Below are positions 51,447 through 64,000 of a stretch of 64,000 nt of DNA, one piece after another (positions within the stretch are counted from its first letter, which is position 1; each line of letters starts with the position of its first letter). The position numbers and the translations under genes were made by a program. The stretch comes from Octopus sinensis (lineage: Eukaryota). Below the pieces are notes generated by a model that ran no database searches, was not told the DNA's origin, and saw only the letters and a program-made list of their open reading frames with translations. The stretch lies in the NCBI RefSeq assembly GCF_006345805.1, contig NC_043016.1:9362001-9426000 (forward strand), written 5' to 3'.

Positions 51447-51894
51447 AAATGTGTCCCAGATCCTGGCACTTAGTTTTATGTGCTTTAAATCCCTCTTAGT
51501 TAATCTTTTTGTCAGCAAGCAAGGTATCCAATATCTCTACCAATTTTGTCTTTGTTTCAGAATTCTTGATTCACTCAGACAACGTGTCATATTACATATC
51601 AATTGAGAATAAATTCAACCAGCCATAGGCAACCTTTTGTGATAACAGGGTTGTAGGAGAAATTCAAAGTTATTTTTCATTAGGTACCCCATTCAGCATG
51701 TCCAGCAAACTGCAGGTTGTTCATGACTAGATTAAACACTAATTTCATCATTGAATCTGGTCAAGCTGTAGCCACTTACCACTTAATCTTTATTGTAAGA
51801 TTAAATGCACTTAGATTTATGAATTAAAATATATGGCCCTTATTTTAAGGGCAGTGTCTCAAAATTAGGCAGCTGTTGTTAGCTGGTCAGTTTA

Positions 51895-52269
51895 ATATAT
51901 AAAATCTGTTCTGTCTGTCTGTGTGTGTGTCTCGGGCATCCTCCATCCGATTGCGCTCAAATTTGACATGTAGATACTGATGGTATCAGGGCGTGTATAA
52001 GCCTGCTAAAATTACAAAAATCGATTCCATCTGAGAATGCGATCAATAAAGCTGTGGAAACGTGCATTTGTATGCGCAAGTACATCAACTGTTGCAATCG
52101 ATACTATGCGTACACAAGAAAAATCTTTATCTCTTCTTTTGCTGGTGTCTCAAATTTAGGTCAAGGAGAGGCCTATGGGACGGTCAGACAAGTTGTTTTG
52201 AGAAAATTTGGTTTAAATGTTTTGACAATTCAGCACTGTCCATTTGACGGGGTGGGGATGGGGTGCTCG
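51895..52269 (+). mobile_element. Second copy of the 43168-43552 element
   Basis: Colinear homology over about 370 bp, same CTCG|T end. Confidence 0.65.
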
Positions 52270-52495
52270 TTTAATATATAAGACACTCCAATAATACAAA
52301 ATATGTTAAATCAATTAAGCCTTAATTTGTAAAAAAAAATGTACAGCAACAATTGCTTCTTTTTTTCGGTTAATTGTTTTATTGTTATTTGAATTATGAA
52401 CAAATTAAAGAAATTATGTGTGATTTATAAACAGATTTGTGGTTGACAGAACATCCAGTGAAATAAATGGGTAATACTTAAACAGATTGTATTAA

Positions 52496-52717
52496 TCCTT
52501 TAGCATTCAAATTACTCTGTCAAATGTAATGCTTATTTATTCACATTGTTTTAAATTAATCATGTATTATCTTTTATAGCTTCAAGGTTTTGATGATATG
52601 ATCGTTTATTTTCAGAACGACATCATAAAATAGATCCAAGAGGTAAGATCTGGCTGGTTCGAACATAACACAGGTAGAATATTTAGAGTGGACATAACCT
52701 ATTTAACTGCTAAGGGA
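52496..52717. mobile_element. TTAA-flanked MITE of a second family (related decayed copies near 2219-2900, 13480-13630, 32420-32610, 36680-36930, 37377-37460)
   Basis: ttaatcctttagca ... tgctaagggattaa termini and recurring internal motifs (ggatctgg...caggtagaatattt). Confidence 0.7.
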
Positions 52718-53339
52718 TTAAAACATTAAGTTATGCGTGAGAAACATAATGTGTATTCACCTATGTAATGTTGTGATACAGCATGGCTAGTATGGACGTA
52801 GTACATACCTAACATTATAATACTCGGCTGGCCCCCGTGCCGGTGACACGTAAAAGCACCGTCCGTTCGTGGCCATTTGCCAGCTCTGTCTGGCCCTGTG
52901 TCGGTGGCACGTAAAAGCACCATCCGCTCGTGTTCATTGCCAGCCTTGGCTGGCCCCCGTGCCGGTGACACATAAAAGCACCGTCTGTTCGTGGCCGTTT
53001 GCCAGCTCTGTCTGGCACCTGTGCAGGTGGCATGTAAAAAACACCCACTACACTCGCGGAGTGGTTGGCGTTAGGAAGGGCATCCAGCCGTAGAAACACT
53101 GCCAGATCTGACTGGGCCTGACGAATCCTTCCAGCTTCACAGACCCCAGTTGACCCGTCCAACCCATGCTAGCATGGAAAGCGGACGCTAAACGATGATG
53201 ATGATGATGATGATGATGATAACATGGTTAGTGACATAATGCATATTGAACATTATAATACAAAGGTGTTGTGTGAATAGTAAAATGCAGTGTACTAAAC
53301 ATTATAATACTGTGATGTAGTATGGGTAGTAAAATGATA

Positions 53340-53572
53340 TAAGGTGGCGAGCTGGCAGAAACGTTAGCACACCGGGCGAAATGCGTTGCCGTATTTTGTC
53401 TGCCATTACGTTCCGAGTTCAAATTTCGCTGAGGTCGACTTTGCCTTTCATCCTTCCGGGGTCGATAAATTAAGTACCAGTTACGCAATGGGGTCGATAT
53501 AATCGACTTAATCCCTTTGTCTGTCCTTGTTTGTCTCCTCTGCGTTTAACCCCTTGTAGGTAGTAAAGAAAT
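53340..53572 (+). mobile_element. SINE A
   Basis: Consensus match from aaggtggcgagctggcag to gtaaagaaata. Confidence 0.9.
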
Positions 53573-54209
53573 AAATATACAGCCAACATTGTAATACAGA
53601 GGTATAGTATGGATAGTGTAATTATGTGCTGAACATTATAATTAACCAAACGTAAACATAGTTTTACAAAAGTTTAAGTTATAGCACACACGCACACACA
53701 CACACACATGCACAAGGATACACACACACACATGCACAAGGATACACACACACACACATGCATATGTGGCACTCCATCAGTTACAACAATGAGGGTTCTA
53801 GTTGATCCAACCAACAGAAGTGCTTGCCTGTGAAATTAACATGCAAGTGGCTGAGCATACCTCAGACACACGTACCCTCAACATCATTCTCAGGGAAATT
53901 CGGTGTAACACAGAGTGTGACATGGATGACCCCTCGTGAATTACAGGTACAACTCATGTTTGCCAGTTGAGTAGACTTGAGCAACATGAAATAAAGTGTC
54001 TTGCTCAAAGACACAAGGCATTGCCAGGAATCGAACACACAACCTTGTGACCATGTGCCAAACACCCTAAGCACTAAGCCATGTGCTTTCACTCACACAC
54101 ATACGTATATATGTATGTGTGTGTGTATATACATAAGCATGTATGTGTTCAAGTGTATATATATATACGTGTGTGTGTGTGTGTATGTATATAAATATAT
54201 ATATATATA

Positions 54210-56105
54210 CTAGCTGAAGGTGACCCGCTCTACGCGCGGGTAAGAGTGTGGTTGTTACTTTCTGTTGCTTCCTTTCAGCACGTAAAAAGCACCATCCGAA
54301 CGTGGCGGATTGCAGCGCCGCCTTGACTGGCTTCTGTGCTGGTGGCACGTAAAAAGCACCAACCAATCGTGGCCGCTGCCAGCCCCCCTGGCACCTGTGC
54401 AGGCGGCACGAAAAAAGCACCCACTACGCTCACAGAGTGGTTGGCGTTAGGAAGGGCATCCACCTGTCGAAACACTGCCAGATCGGACTAGAGCCTGGTG
54501 CAGCCTCCTGGCTTCCCAGACCCCTGTCAAACTGTCCAACCCGTGCTAGCACAGAAAACGGACGTTAAACGATGATGATGATGATGATGATTCTCCCTCT
54601 TTGTTTCTTTCTCCTTTCTCTCTCACTTTCTCACTCTCTTACTCTTCCTTTCTCTCGGACTCTCCCTCGCTTTCTCTTACTCTCTATCTTTATGTATCTC
54701 TCTCCCATTTATAAACAACAAAAGATCTTGAGTAAGTTGAGAAATAAAATATTTAGAAAGATCAATCATAAATATCAGGCAGTTACAAAGGAAAGGTCTG
54801 CTTCAAGACAGACAGCAAAACACTAACATTTAAAAGGGACAGACAAACTTGCGAGCTGAATAAAAATAATAAAATATTGGAAACCAAAGTTTGAAGGGAT
54901 AGAATTTGAGGATAGTAGAGTCACCATGGCTGGCATTTCTTAACGACGGACAGCAACGTATTGACAGTTCAATGGCTGGCGTAAAAGTTTGAACTTGATG
55001 TAAAAGAAAATCCCTAAAAACCAAGTTTTGACTTGATTCTTTCTCACGACAGTAGACTCACGATGGCAAGCATTCAAAACTTCTTCATCATGGACGGCAA
55101 CACATTGACGATTAAAAGGCTGGAGCAAATTTTTTAGCTTGATGGAACAGAGAATTGCTAAACACCCGCTCCTTTAAATTTTAATCCCCTTCCAGCCCCA
55201 TTTATACCCCTTTTCACCTTTTGGTTAATATAACCCGATTTCATTTGGGTCTACTGGGGCCACATTTTATAAGATGAGGACTCAACCAAGTTTCCCAAGT
55301 TCTAGTCATAGACCATAGAACACTCAACCAAGTTTCCCGATTTCTGGTCATAGACCATAGAACAGTCAAGCAAGTTTCCCGAGTTCTGGTCATAGACCAT
55401 AGAACACTAAACCAAGTTTCCCGAGTTCTGGTCATTTGCAGAATAAATAAAGACGGCGGAGGTGGCAGACGTCGTTGCAATGTAAACATGATTTGTTATA
55501 AGAGAAAGATTGTCCAGATTGTGTGTTGGTGGTGGTGGTGGCGATGATAATTATCTTTAAGAATGGAGATAAAGAGAAATTGAATGGGAGTTAGAGGTAG
55601 AAAGAGAAGGTGTAAATTTTGGAGTGAATCCAACGGGATGTAGTGGGCTTTAACCCCGGCAAAAAAAAAAATATCTGTTGCATTTCTGAAAGAGGTGAAG
55701 TAGGAATATTGAAACTTTTGCGGCTGTCATTGATAGACTCGTTGTAGAATAAATAGAGACGGCGAAAAAAGAGAGAGCTCGAGAAAGAAAAGGTGATATA
55801 TGAAAGAGAGGACGGGAAAATGAAATATTTTGCAATGTAAACATGATTTGTTTTAAGAGAAAGATTGTCATGATTGTGTGTTGGTGTTGGTGGTGGCGAT
55901 GATAATTATCATTAGGAAAAAGAGTGAGTGAGTGAGAAAGACATACATAAGTTGTGGCGATGATAATTGTAGACCCCTTTTCACATTTTGATGAAGAGAA
56001 CCCGATTTCATTCGGGGTGTACTGGGGCCACATATATGTGTGTGTGTGTGTGTGTGTGCGTGTGCGTGTGTGCGTGTGCGTGTGTGCGTGTGCGCGCGCG
56101 CGTGC

Positions 56106-56155
<50 letters not shown>

Positions 56156-56259
56156 ACACTGTAGAAATTAAATTAGAGATAAAACCACTAATAGGGAAAT
56201 GAAACAGTAAAAAACCAAAAACAAAAACATAAAAATAAAAATATAATATTAGATATATG

Positions 56260-56290
<31 letters not shown>

Positions 56291-56704
56291 TGACAGGTAG
56301 ACAATAGAATGCGATGCCGATGGCGATGTAATATTTGTTTCTGTCTATGAAACTGATAGATACATGAGTAAAATGTATGGGAAGCTAAGAGATAAGAGTG
56401 AGTGAAAATGTTCTTTGAAGAGAGGAAACAGCGAGAGAGTGATTTGAGGAAGACTTTACATTAAATAACCGTAGTGGCATTGTCAAATGAAGAGGAGTGA
56501 GAGAGTACTGGAGGAAGTAGGGTGAGTGAGGAAGATGGCCCCTAGCAACCACACCTTTTAAGCTAGGGATTTCTAAGGTAGCCCACGCACATCGTCACCT
56601 CATTCTACATGTCTCTGTAAATTTTGGAGTGAATCGGACGGGATGTAGTGGCATTGAAAGCGATCCAAGCGGTAAAAAACGCATTCAGTTTTTATATATA
56701 GAGA
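54210..56704 (-). mobile_element. Non-autonomous Helitron, copy 1 (about 2.5 kb)
   Basis: On the minus strand it starts TC and ends with a CCCGC-gcgtaga-GCGGG hairpin about 11 nt before CTAG, inserted between A and T. Confidence 0.85.
55281..55435. repeat. 42-bp minisatellite (about 3.6 units) inside the Helitron; second copy near 57795-57947
   Basis: Unit ctcaaccaagtttcccgagttctggtcatagaccatagaaca with a period of exactly 42 bp. Confidence 0.95.
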
Positions 56705-56714
56705 TATATATATA

Positions 56715-57073
56715 CTAGCTGAAGGTGACCCGCTCTACGCGCGGGGGGTTAAGAGTGTGGTTGTTACTTCTGTTGCTTCCTTAGCACGTAAAAAGCACCA
56801 TCCGAACGTGGCGGATTGCAGCGCCGCCTTGACTGGCTTCTGTGCTGGTGGCACGTAAAAAGCACCAACCGATCGTGGCCGCTGCCAGCCCCCTGGCATC
56901 TGTGCAGGCGGCACGAAAAAAGTACCCACTACGCTCACAGAGTGGTTGGCGTTAGGAAGGGCATCCACCTGTCGAAACACTGCCAGATCAGACTGGAGCC
57001 GTGCAGCCTCCTGGCTTCCCAGACCCCTGTCAAACTGTCCAACCCGTGCTAGCACGGAAAACGGACGTTAAAC

Positions 57074-57104
<31 letters not shown>

Positions 57105-58794
57105 CTCCCTCTTTGTTTCTTTCTCCTTTCTCTCTCACTTTCCCACTCTCTTACTCTTCCTTTCTCTCGGACTCTCCTCGCTTTCTCTTACTCTCTATCT
57201 TTATGTTCTCTCTCCCATTTATTATAAAAAACAACAAAAGATCTTGAGTAAGTTGAGATATAAAATATTAGAAAGATCAATCAAAATATCAGGCAGAGTA
57301 ACAACGGAAAGGTTCTGCTTCAAGGCAGACATCAAAACACTAACATTTAAAAGGGACAGACGAACTTGCGAGCTGAATAAAAATAATAAAATATTGGAAA
57401 CCAAAGTTTGAAAGGATAGAATTTGAGGATAGTAGAGTCACCATGGCTGGCATTTCTTAACGACGGACAGCAACGTATTGACAGTTCAACGGCTGGCGTA
57501 AAAGTTTGAACTTGATGTAAAAGAAAATCCCTAAAAACCAAGTTTTGACTTGATTCTTTCTCACGACAGTAGACTCACGATGGCAAGCATCAAAAAACTT
57601 CTTCATCATGGACGGCAACACATTGACGATTAAAAGGCTGGAGCAAATTTTTTAGCTTGATGTAACAGAGAATTGCTAAACACCCGCTCCTTTAAATTTT
57701 AATCCCCTTCCAGCCCCATTTATACCCTTTCACCTTTTGGTTAATATAACCCGATTTCATTTGGGTCTACTGGGGCCACATTTTATAAGATGAGGACACA
57801 ACCAAGTTTCCCAAGTTTGGTCATAGACCATAGAACACTCAACCAAGTTTCCCGAGTTCTGGTCATAGACCATAGAACAGTCAAGCAAGTTCCCGAGTTC
57901 TGTCATAGACCATAGAACACTAAACTAAGTTTCCCGAGTTCTGGTCATTTGCAGGATAAATAGAGACGGCGGAGGTGGCAGACGTCATTGCAAGTAAACA
58001 CATGATTTGTTATAAGAGAAAGATTGCCCAGATTGTGTGTTGGTGGTGGTGGTGGTGGCGATGATAATTATCATTAGGAAAAGAGGTGAGGAGTGAGGAA
58101 GAGGAAGACATACATAAGTTGTGGCGATGATAATTGTAGACCCCTTTTCACATTTTGATGAAGAGAACCCGATTTCATTCAGATGTACTGGGGGCTACAT
58201 ATGGTGTGTGGTGTGTGGTGTGTGTGTATGTGTGTGCGTGTGTGTGTGTGTGCACGCTGTAGAAATTAAATTAGAGATAAAACCACTAATAGGGAAATGA
58301 AACAGTAAAAAACCAAAAACAAAAACAAAAATAAAAATATAATATTAGATATATGTATATATGTGTGTGTGTGTGTGTATGTGTGTGTGTGTTGACAGGT
58401 AGACAATAGAATGCGATGGCGATGGGGATGGCGAGTAATATTTGTTACTGTCCATGAACGCTGAGAGATACATGAGTAAAATGTATAGAAGGTAAGAGAT
58501 AGAGTGAGTGCATGGAAGAGAGTAAATAGCTACAGAGTGATTTGAGGAAGACTTTACATTAAAAACGGTAGTTGCATTGTCAAATGAAGAGGAGTGACAG
58601 AGTACTGGAGGAAATAGGGGGAGGTAGGAAGATGGCCTCTAGCAACCACACCTTTAAGATAGGGATTTCTAAGGTTAGCCCACGCACATCGTCACCTCAT
58701 TCTACATGTCCCTGTAATTTTGGAGCGAACAGACGGGATGTAGTGGCATTAAAGCGAACCAAGCGGTAAAAACGCAATTCAGTTTATATATAGA
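56715..58794 (-). mobile_element. Non-autonomous Helitron, copy 2 (about 2.1 kb), head-to-tail with copy 1
   Basis: Same termini and internal order as copy 1, lacking about 400 bp that lies between two internal direct repeats. Confidence 0.85.
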
Positions 58795-59455
58795 TATGTA
58801 TTATGTGTATATATGAATATACACGTGTGTATGTATGCATGTATGTAGGTAGATATGTATGTATGTATGCATGTATATATGTAGGTAGGTAGTTAGATAG
58901 ATATGTATATATGTATGTAGGTATGTAGGTAGGTAGGTGGGTAGGTAGGTAGATATGTATGCATATATGTAGGTAGTTAGGTAGATATGTATGTATATAT
59001 GTAGGTATGTATGTGTGTATGTAGGTAGGTAGGTAGGTAGGTAGATAGGTAGGTAAGTAGGTAGGTAGGTAGGTGGGATTGGGTTGGTAGGGTAGGTGGG
59101 ATTGGGTAGGTAGGTAGGTGGGTAGATAATGTATGTATGTATGTGTGTAAGTAGGTAGGTGGGTAGGTAGGTGGGTAGGTAGGTATGTAGGTAGGTAGGT
59201 AGGTGGGTAGGTAGGTAGGTAGGTGGGTAGGTAGGTGGGTGGGTGGGTAGGTAGGTGGGTAGATAATGTATGTGTGTAAGTAGGTAGGTGGGTAGATAGG
59301 TAGGTAGGTAGGTAGGTAGGTAGGTAGGTAGGTGGGTAGGTAGGTAGGTAGGTGGGTAGATAGGTAGGTAGGTAGGTAGGTAGGTAGGTAGGTAGGTAGG
59401 TAGGTGGGTAGATAGGTAGGTAGGTATGTAGGTAGGTGGGTAGATAGGTAGGTAT
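58795..59455. repeat. About 660-bp (TAGG)n/(TATG)n microsatellite
   Basis: Visible directly. Confidence 0.99.
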
Positions 59456-59459
59456 ACAG

Positions 59460-60760
59460 CTTTTTCTGGAGAAAATGTTTGTTAGAGAACTACATTCAAT
59501 AATTTTGTGGTCATTGAAGACACCAATATAGACAAACTGCTTGTAAGAGCTATGCAAACTACATACAAAAATGGAAGGAGAAAAGTGAGAATCAACAACA
59601 ATTTCAGTGATAAATTTAAAGTGAAGGTAGGTATTCATCAAGGTTAACTCCACAGTCTTCTCCTATTCCTCATAGTCCTGCACACCATCACACAGGAGTT
59701 TAAGACTAGATGTCTTTGGGATGTCTTATACGAGGGGATACCCAAAAGTAACTGGAAACGTTCTCTGTGGGACAAACCAGTTGCAGTTCAAGCTTCTGTC
59801 ACTAGAAACCATTTGATGTAAGCCTCAGGCATCGGTCTGCTGACCAGTGTCATCAGGTGATGCTGTACTGTCACTTGGTATGTTTTTGTTTTGTAGTGTG
59901 TCTCCCCTGATTGTCAATTTTTGCAATGGCTGAAACAAAGGAATAAGATGCTTCAGCAAAATTCTGTTTTCTGCTGGGGAAAACAGTAGCCAAAACAGTT
60001 GTCATGCTTCAAACAGATTACAAGAATGCTGCCATGGGCAAAACACAAGTTTACGAATAGTTCCTATGTTTTAGTAATGGTCACCTGTCGCTTGAAGACC
60101 AATCTCATTCAGGATGACCGTTGACCTTCCAAATGAATGAAAACATCATGAAAATTCATGAACTGATCTGAGGACTATCACTCAATGACTGATGAACTTG
60201 TTGATATGACTGGCTCCTCCCAATGAATTTTGAGTGAGGAATTGCAAACGAAAAATGCTGCAGTAAAATTTGTGCCTCATTTCCTTATGGAAGATCAGAA
60301 GCAGTCGTGACTGAATGTGTGTCATGAACTGAAAGAAGAATTGGAAATTGATCTGAACTGTTTTTTTCAAAGTTCATCAGCAGTAATAAAACCTGATGGT
60401 ATGGAATTTGCAGATGTGGATGAGATGAAGAAAAAAATGACAGAGGTGTTAGGAGGCATCACTTTGCAAAGAGTTCCAGGACTGCTTTGAATAGTGCAAA
60501 ACGTGTCTGGACCGGTACATTTCTTTAAATGGAGAACACTTTGAAGGTGATAAAAGGGTAAACATATAATACTAAATAAATAAAATAATATTGCAAAATT
60601 CTGGTTTCTTTTTGGTACCTCTCGTATACTGATGACTTAGTTCTTATAGCTGAATGTCTAGGGGAATTAAAGGTGAAATTCCAGGCATGGAAGCTAAATT
60701 AGAATTGACAGGTCTTAAGGTAAGCTTAGCAAAGGAGAATGTTTTAAATAAATAGAAGGC
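59460..60760 (+). mobile_element. Degenerate RTE-type LINE reverse transcriptase fragment (host of the mariner)
   Basis: FKVKVGIHQG.LHSLLLFLIV...WDVLY|TDDLVLIAE...GLKVSLAK; the YTDD motif is restored when the mariner is removed. Confidence 0.8.
59731..60624 (+). mobile_element. Internally deleted mariner element
   Basis: TA at 59729-30 and 60625-26, with TIRs of about 27 bp (CGAGGGGATACCCAAAAG versus CGAGAGGTACCAAAAAG). Transposase remnants KFCFLLGKT, KTQVYE.F, KFVPHFL and GEHFEGD. Confidence 0.88.
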
Positions 60761-61289
60761 AGGATGGCTTAGTGGAGGAGATGACAAAGAGATGTAGCAA
60801 CTGTCAAAATACTGTTTCAAAAAAAGACCAATCCAACTCATGCAAGCTTGGAAAAATAGAAGTAAAAATGATGATAAATGGGAGAAGGCAGAAGAGGAGG
60901 AGAGTGATGATGATGACGATGACGACGACGACGACGATGACAACGACAACGACGATGACAATGACGATGACGATGATGACGATGGCAGCAGTGTAGGGTG
61001 GTGGTGCAGATACTGATAATAATGATGATGACAAATTGTTTTTGGCAATCACACTGAACACTGATTGGCAGATTGTCTGGAAAACCAATTAACTGTCTAC
61101 AGCTTAATTAAAAATGATTTGCTAATCATTGCGTAAGTGAGAGTGTATGTGCACATGAGTGCATATGTGTGTGAGAATGTGTGTGTGCATGTGTGTGAGA
61201 GTGTCATGTATGTGTGTGTGTGTGTGTGCATGAGTGTATATGTGTGTCTGTGTGTGTGATGTTCCATGTATCGGTTTATTCCTTTGTGG

Positions 61290-62980
61290 CTATCTGTTAC
61301 TGGAAAGTTTTTGCAAATCAACAAATTCTACAGGTTTCCTGCATCCCTCTTCTCCAAATAGTTTAGCACAAACATTCCAGTAGTGATTACTCTCATTAAA
61401 TTTACCAAAATTTTGGTATATATTAAATAGCAGCTGGTATGTAGCCACTCTTATGGGTGCATACTGTAACGCAGCTAACAACCGCTGCTCAGCCTTTTCA
61501 TACTGGCCTAAAGAATACAAGAAGTGACCTTCATGAAGAAAAATATCGTTAAGAGTTAAATTACTTTCTGATATAGAAGAAAATGGGTTCAAGAAATCCT
61601 TGAAGTTTTTCTTTGATGTTATATTGTTTACTTTTTTCAAGACTTTTATCATTCCTGATTGAAAAACTAACTTAAAACCAAAATCAATAAATTTCTGGAA
61701 TTTTTTAACGATAAGATAATTATAAACATTATTTTTCATAAGCTTCTTTATTAGATATGGAGTATTATGCACTGATACATAATCAGATATATTAGATATT
61801 ACACTAACGTGGGTTGTAGGCTTATTAGCTTTATCAACTTTTAACCATTCAAATTGATATTTTATAGGGATTCTAGACTCTTTGCTGAATTCATAAAATT
61901 CCATGTGGATGAGAGGAAGGAAGGGTACATCTCTATGAAGAAGGCTATAAGCACCACTGAAGTATAAACTTTCATCTAAAAAGACACCTGTTACATCATC
62001 TTCAAGGTGAACATAATATAAGCATTGATTTATATTTCCAGATTCAAAGTTATCTGAATATGACCAATCAGCTGTGGACTTTCCACTTGGAAATAAATTC
62101 CATTGGTGTTTCACATAAACCAACAACAAGAAAACCAGAGATGAATTCAAAGTAGTTTTTGAGGTTTTTGATACTACTTTTGAACATATACAGTGCAAAA
62201 TAGTCTTCAGTGTACTAGCATAGACTATCAATACAAGAACGACAAAATTATGCAAAAATCGCATTTCTTTGTGTCCTTTTAGTGAGAATGTGAATAATAC
62301 GATAATTGCAGAGGAACTGAGAAATAAAGATGTATTAGTATAGTGATACACAAAAGGATTTGATATTTTAAACGTTCTAACTTTGACTACCAAGATTGTC
62401 AGGAATGTTAAGACTAGCATCAAAATCACAGCAGCGTTATGTAATACAATGTTTATAAAGTAAAAGGAAATGCTAAATTGACCAAAAAACATATTTGAAT
62501 GGTCTGAAATGACGTTAAACAGAAACCACTGTTTAGGGCTTATAAAAAATTTACCATATGTATAATAATCGTCAATTGCTCCTATAACGATTCCCAGGAG
62601 AACGCCAAAAGTAATGATTATAAACTGTTGAAAAAACAATCTCCACTTGGAAATATACCAAGATAATACTGGGCAAAAAATAGCTGTATAGAAAACAAGC
62701 AGATCAATACGTATATATAGAAGAATACCAATCATAATTCCAGTGCCAAAGTTTCTGAGATGCTTTCCAATTACCTCTATTATAGTGTTATCATTTCCTG
62801 TGTTGTTTTTATCTCTATAAATTTTCTCAGCATCAGTTTTTTTGGAGATTCTCTTTAGAACATCCTTGTTCCAGGAAATATTTCTATTCTCCCTAATATC
62901 TACGGTTCCATTTCTATTAACTTTTATGGTATTTTTTGTATAGAAACAAAGGAGATCAGAACAAAGAGTTCTCCAGATTA
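61290..62980 (-). CDS. Large 3' exon of a GT22 (PIG-B/ALG9/PIG-Z family) dolichol-phosphate-mannose mannosyltransferase-like protein with a C-terminal TPR-like segment
   Basis: Open frame of over 560 codons with several hydrophobic TM segments and family motifs IDDYYTYGKFFISPKQWFLFNV and GHKEMRF. TPR-like segment EGHFLYSLGQYEKAEQRLLAALQYAP. A polypyrimidine tract plus AG (complement CT at 62981-82) suggests the real exon starts at 62980; upstream exons were not found. Confidence 0.85.
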
Positions 62981-63475
62981 CTGATAATGACAAAAACACA
63001 AACGGAGACAAAAAAGTAGAAATTAGCGTGTGTGTACCAAAAACAGATAAGTGAACAGAGAATGCTGCCAGAATACATGCTATGACAGCTAAATCATGTG
63101 ACTTGTAAGCTTCTCTTGAAAATTTATAGACACTCCAGGGTAGGAAAGAAGTGATTGTTGCATGCGTAGTCTTCCATATCTACAAAGAGAAACATTTATG
63201 TATAAGTAAAACGGTTTTTTGTCATATACATTTATTAATATAAAAAAAAAATTTTTTTTAAATAGAATTTACATTTTTTTTTATATGCAAACATTTAGAG
63301 ATCTTCAATGCCAGAATTAAAAATATAATTACTCAAATGTTAAGTTGCAGTGACAAAGAATTTTAATTTGTTAAATATTAGTTAAATGAACCAAAATCAA
63401 ATTTGAAGCTTTGTAATTAACAAACAAGTAATTTCTTTGTTGTAACAACACAAAATAGCTGTTACAACAGCTGGG

Positions 63476-63665
63476 TGGAGGCGCAATGGCCCAGTGGTTA
63501 GGGCAGCAGACTCGCAGTCGTAAGAACACGGTTTCGATTCCCAGGCCGGGCATTGTGAATGATTATTGAGCAAAAAGACCTAAGCTTCACAAGGCTCCGG
63601 CGGGGTGGGGGTGTGAACCCTGCTGTACTCTCTCACCACAACTTTCTCTAATTCTTACTTCCTAC
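63476..63665 (+). mobile_element. 5' part of a SINE E
   Basis: ggaggcgcaatggcccagtggttagggcagcagactcg...gtttcgattccc. Confidence 0.8.
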
Positions 63666-64000
63666 TTCTGCCACAAAGCAGAGGAACCATGGTGTAACCC
63701 ACTATGGTGTGGTAAAACTTTCAGATCCTAGTCTAGATTGCGAATCCTATTACCCCAGGATGGTTCAGCTCTCCACCTGTTAAAAGCCACCGTTTATGGA
63801 ATGAGGATAGCAACGTAGCTTTCGCGCCTGTGAAACCACCAGTCTATCGCTTGTGGTGGGTGGATCTTCAAGTTGCCACATGCATTCTTAGTAGCTTAGA
63901 GTAGGCTCAAATTAGAGATTATTCTTTGTGGCTAATGGCGTGAGTCCTGATTGGAAGAAGAAGAAGACAGCTGGGTTTGAAATATTCAAGATATTAAGCG

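Noticed and set aside
55241-55489. 42-bp repeat as a CRISPR array or a 14-aa repeat protein
   Set aside because: The units are contiguous with no unique spacers, there are no cas genes, the DNA is eukaryotic, and the repeat lies inside a Helitron.
58784-59653. 289-aa PTYL-repeat ORF
   Set aside because: Translation of the (TAGG)n repeat.
63476-63550. tRNA-like sequences here and at other SINE heads
   Set aside because: They continue into SINE bodies and lack a proper acceptor stem; not tRNA genes.

Overview
AT-rich, repeat-dense animal genomic DNA; the repeat families suggest an octopus-like cephalopod, which is my inference and not a database result. Two host genes are supported. (1) A plus-strand Rab35 gene: five coding exons (17523-17573, 26167-26290, 30488-30612, 35607-35731, 39484-39603) join in frame through GT-AG introns. 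Its terminal exon is tandemly duplicated (40052-40171), and I could not find the first coding exon in the window. (2) A minus-strand 1.7-kb exon (61290-62980) encoding the C-terminal part of a GT22 (PIG-B/ALG9-family) mannosyltransferase with a TPR-like tail. The rest is mobile DNA and simple repeats: at least four tRNA-headed SINE families, CR1-type and RTE-type LINE fragments, piggyBac, Tc1 and mariner relics, several Helitron-type elements including a head-to-tail pair, a probable solo LTR, and long microsatellites. The most unusual signal is a set of minimal type I hammerhead-ribozyme motifs. They come from several distinct sequence families and sit in inverted or tandem repeats resembling Penelope-like element pseudo-LTRs; one has a compensatory U3-A8 core. 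Almost all ORFs in the supplied track are microsatellite or repeat read-throughs.
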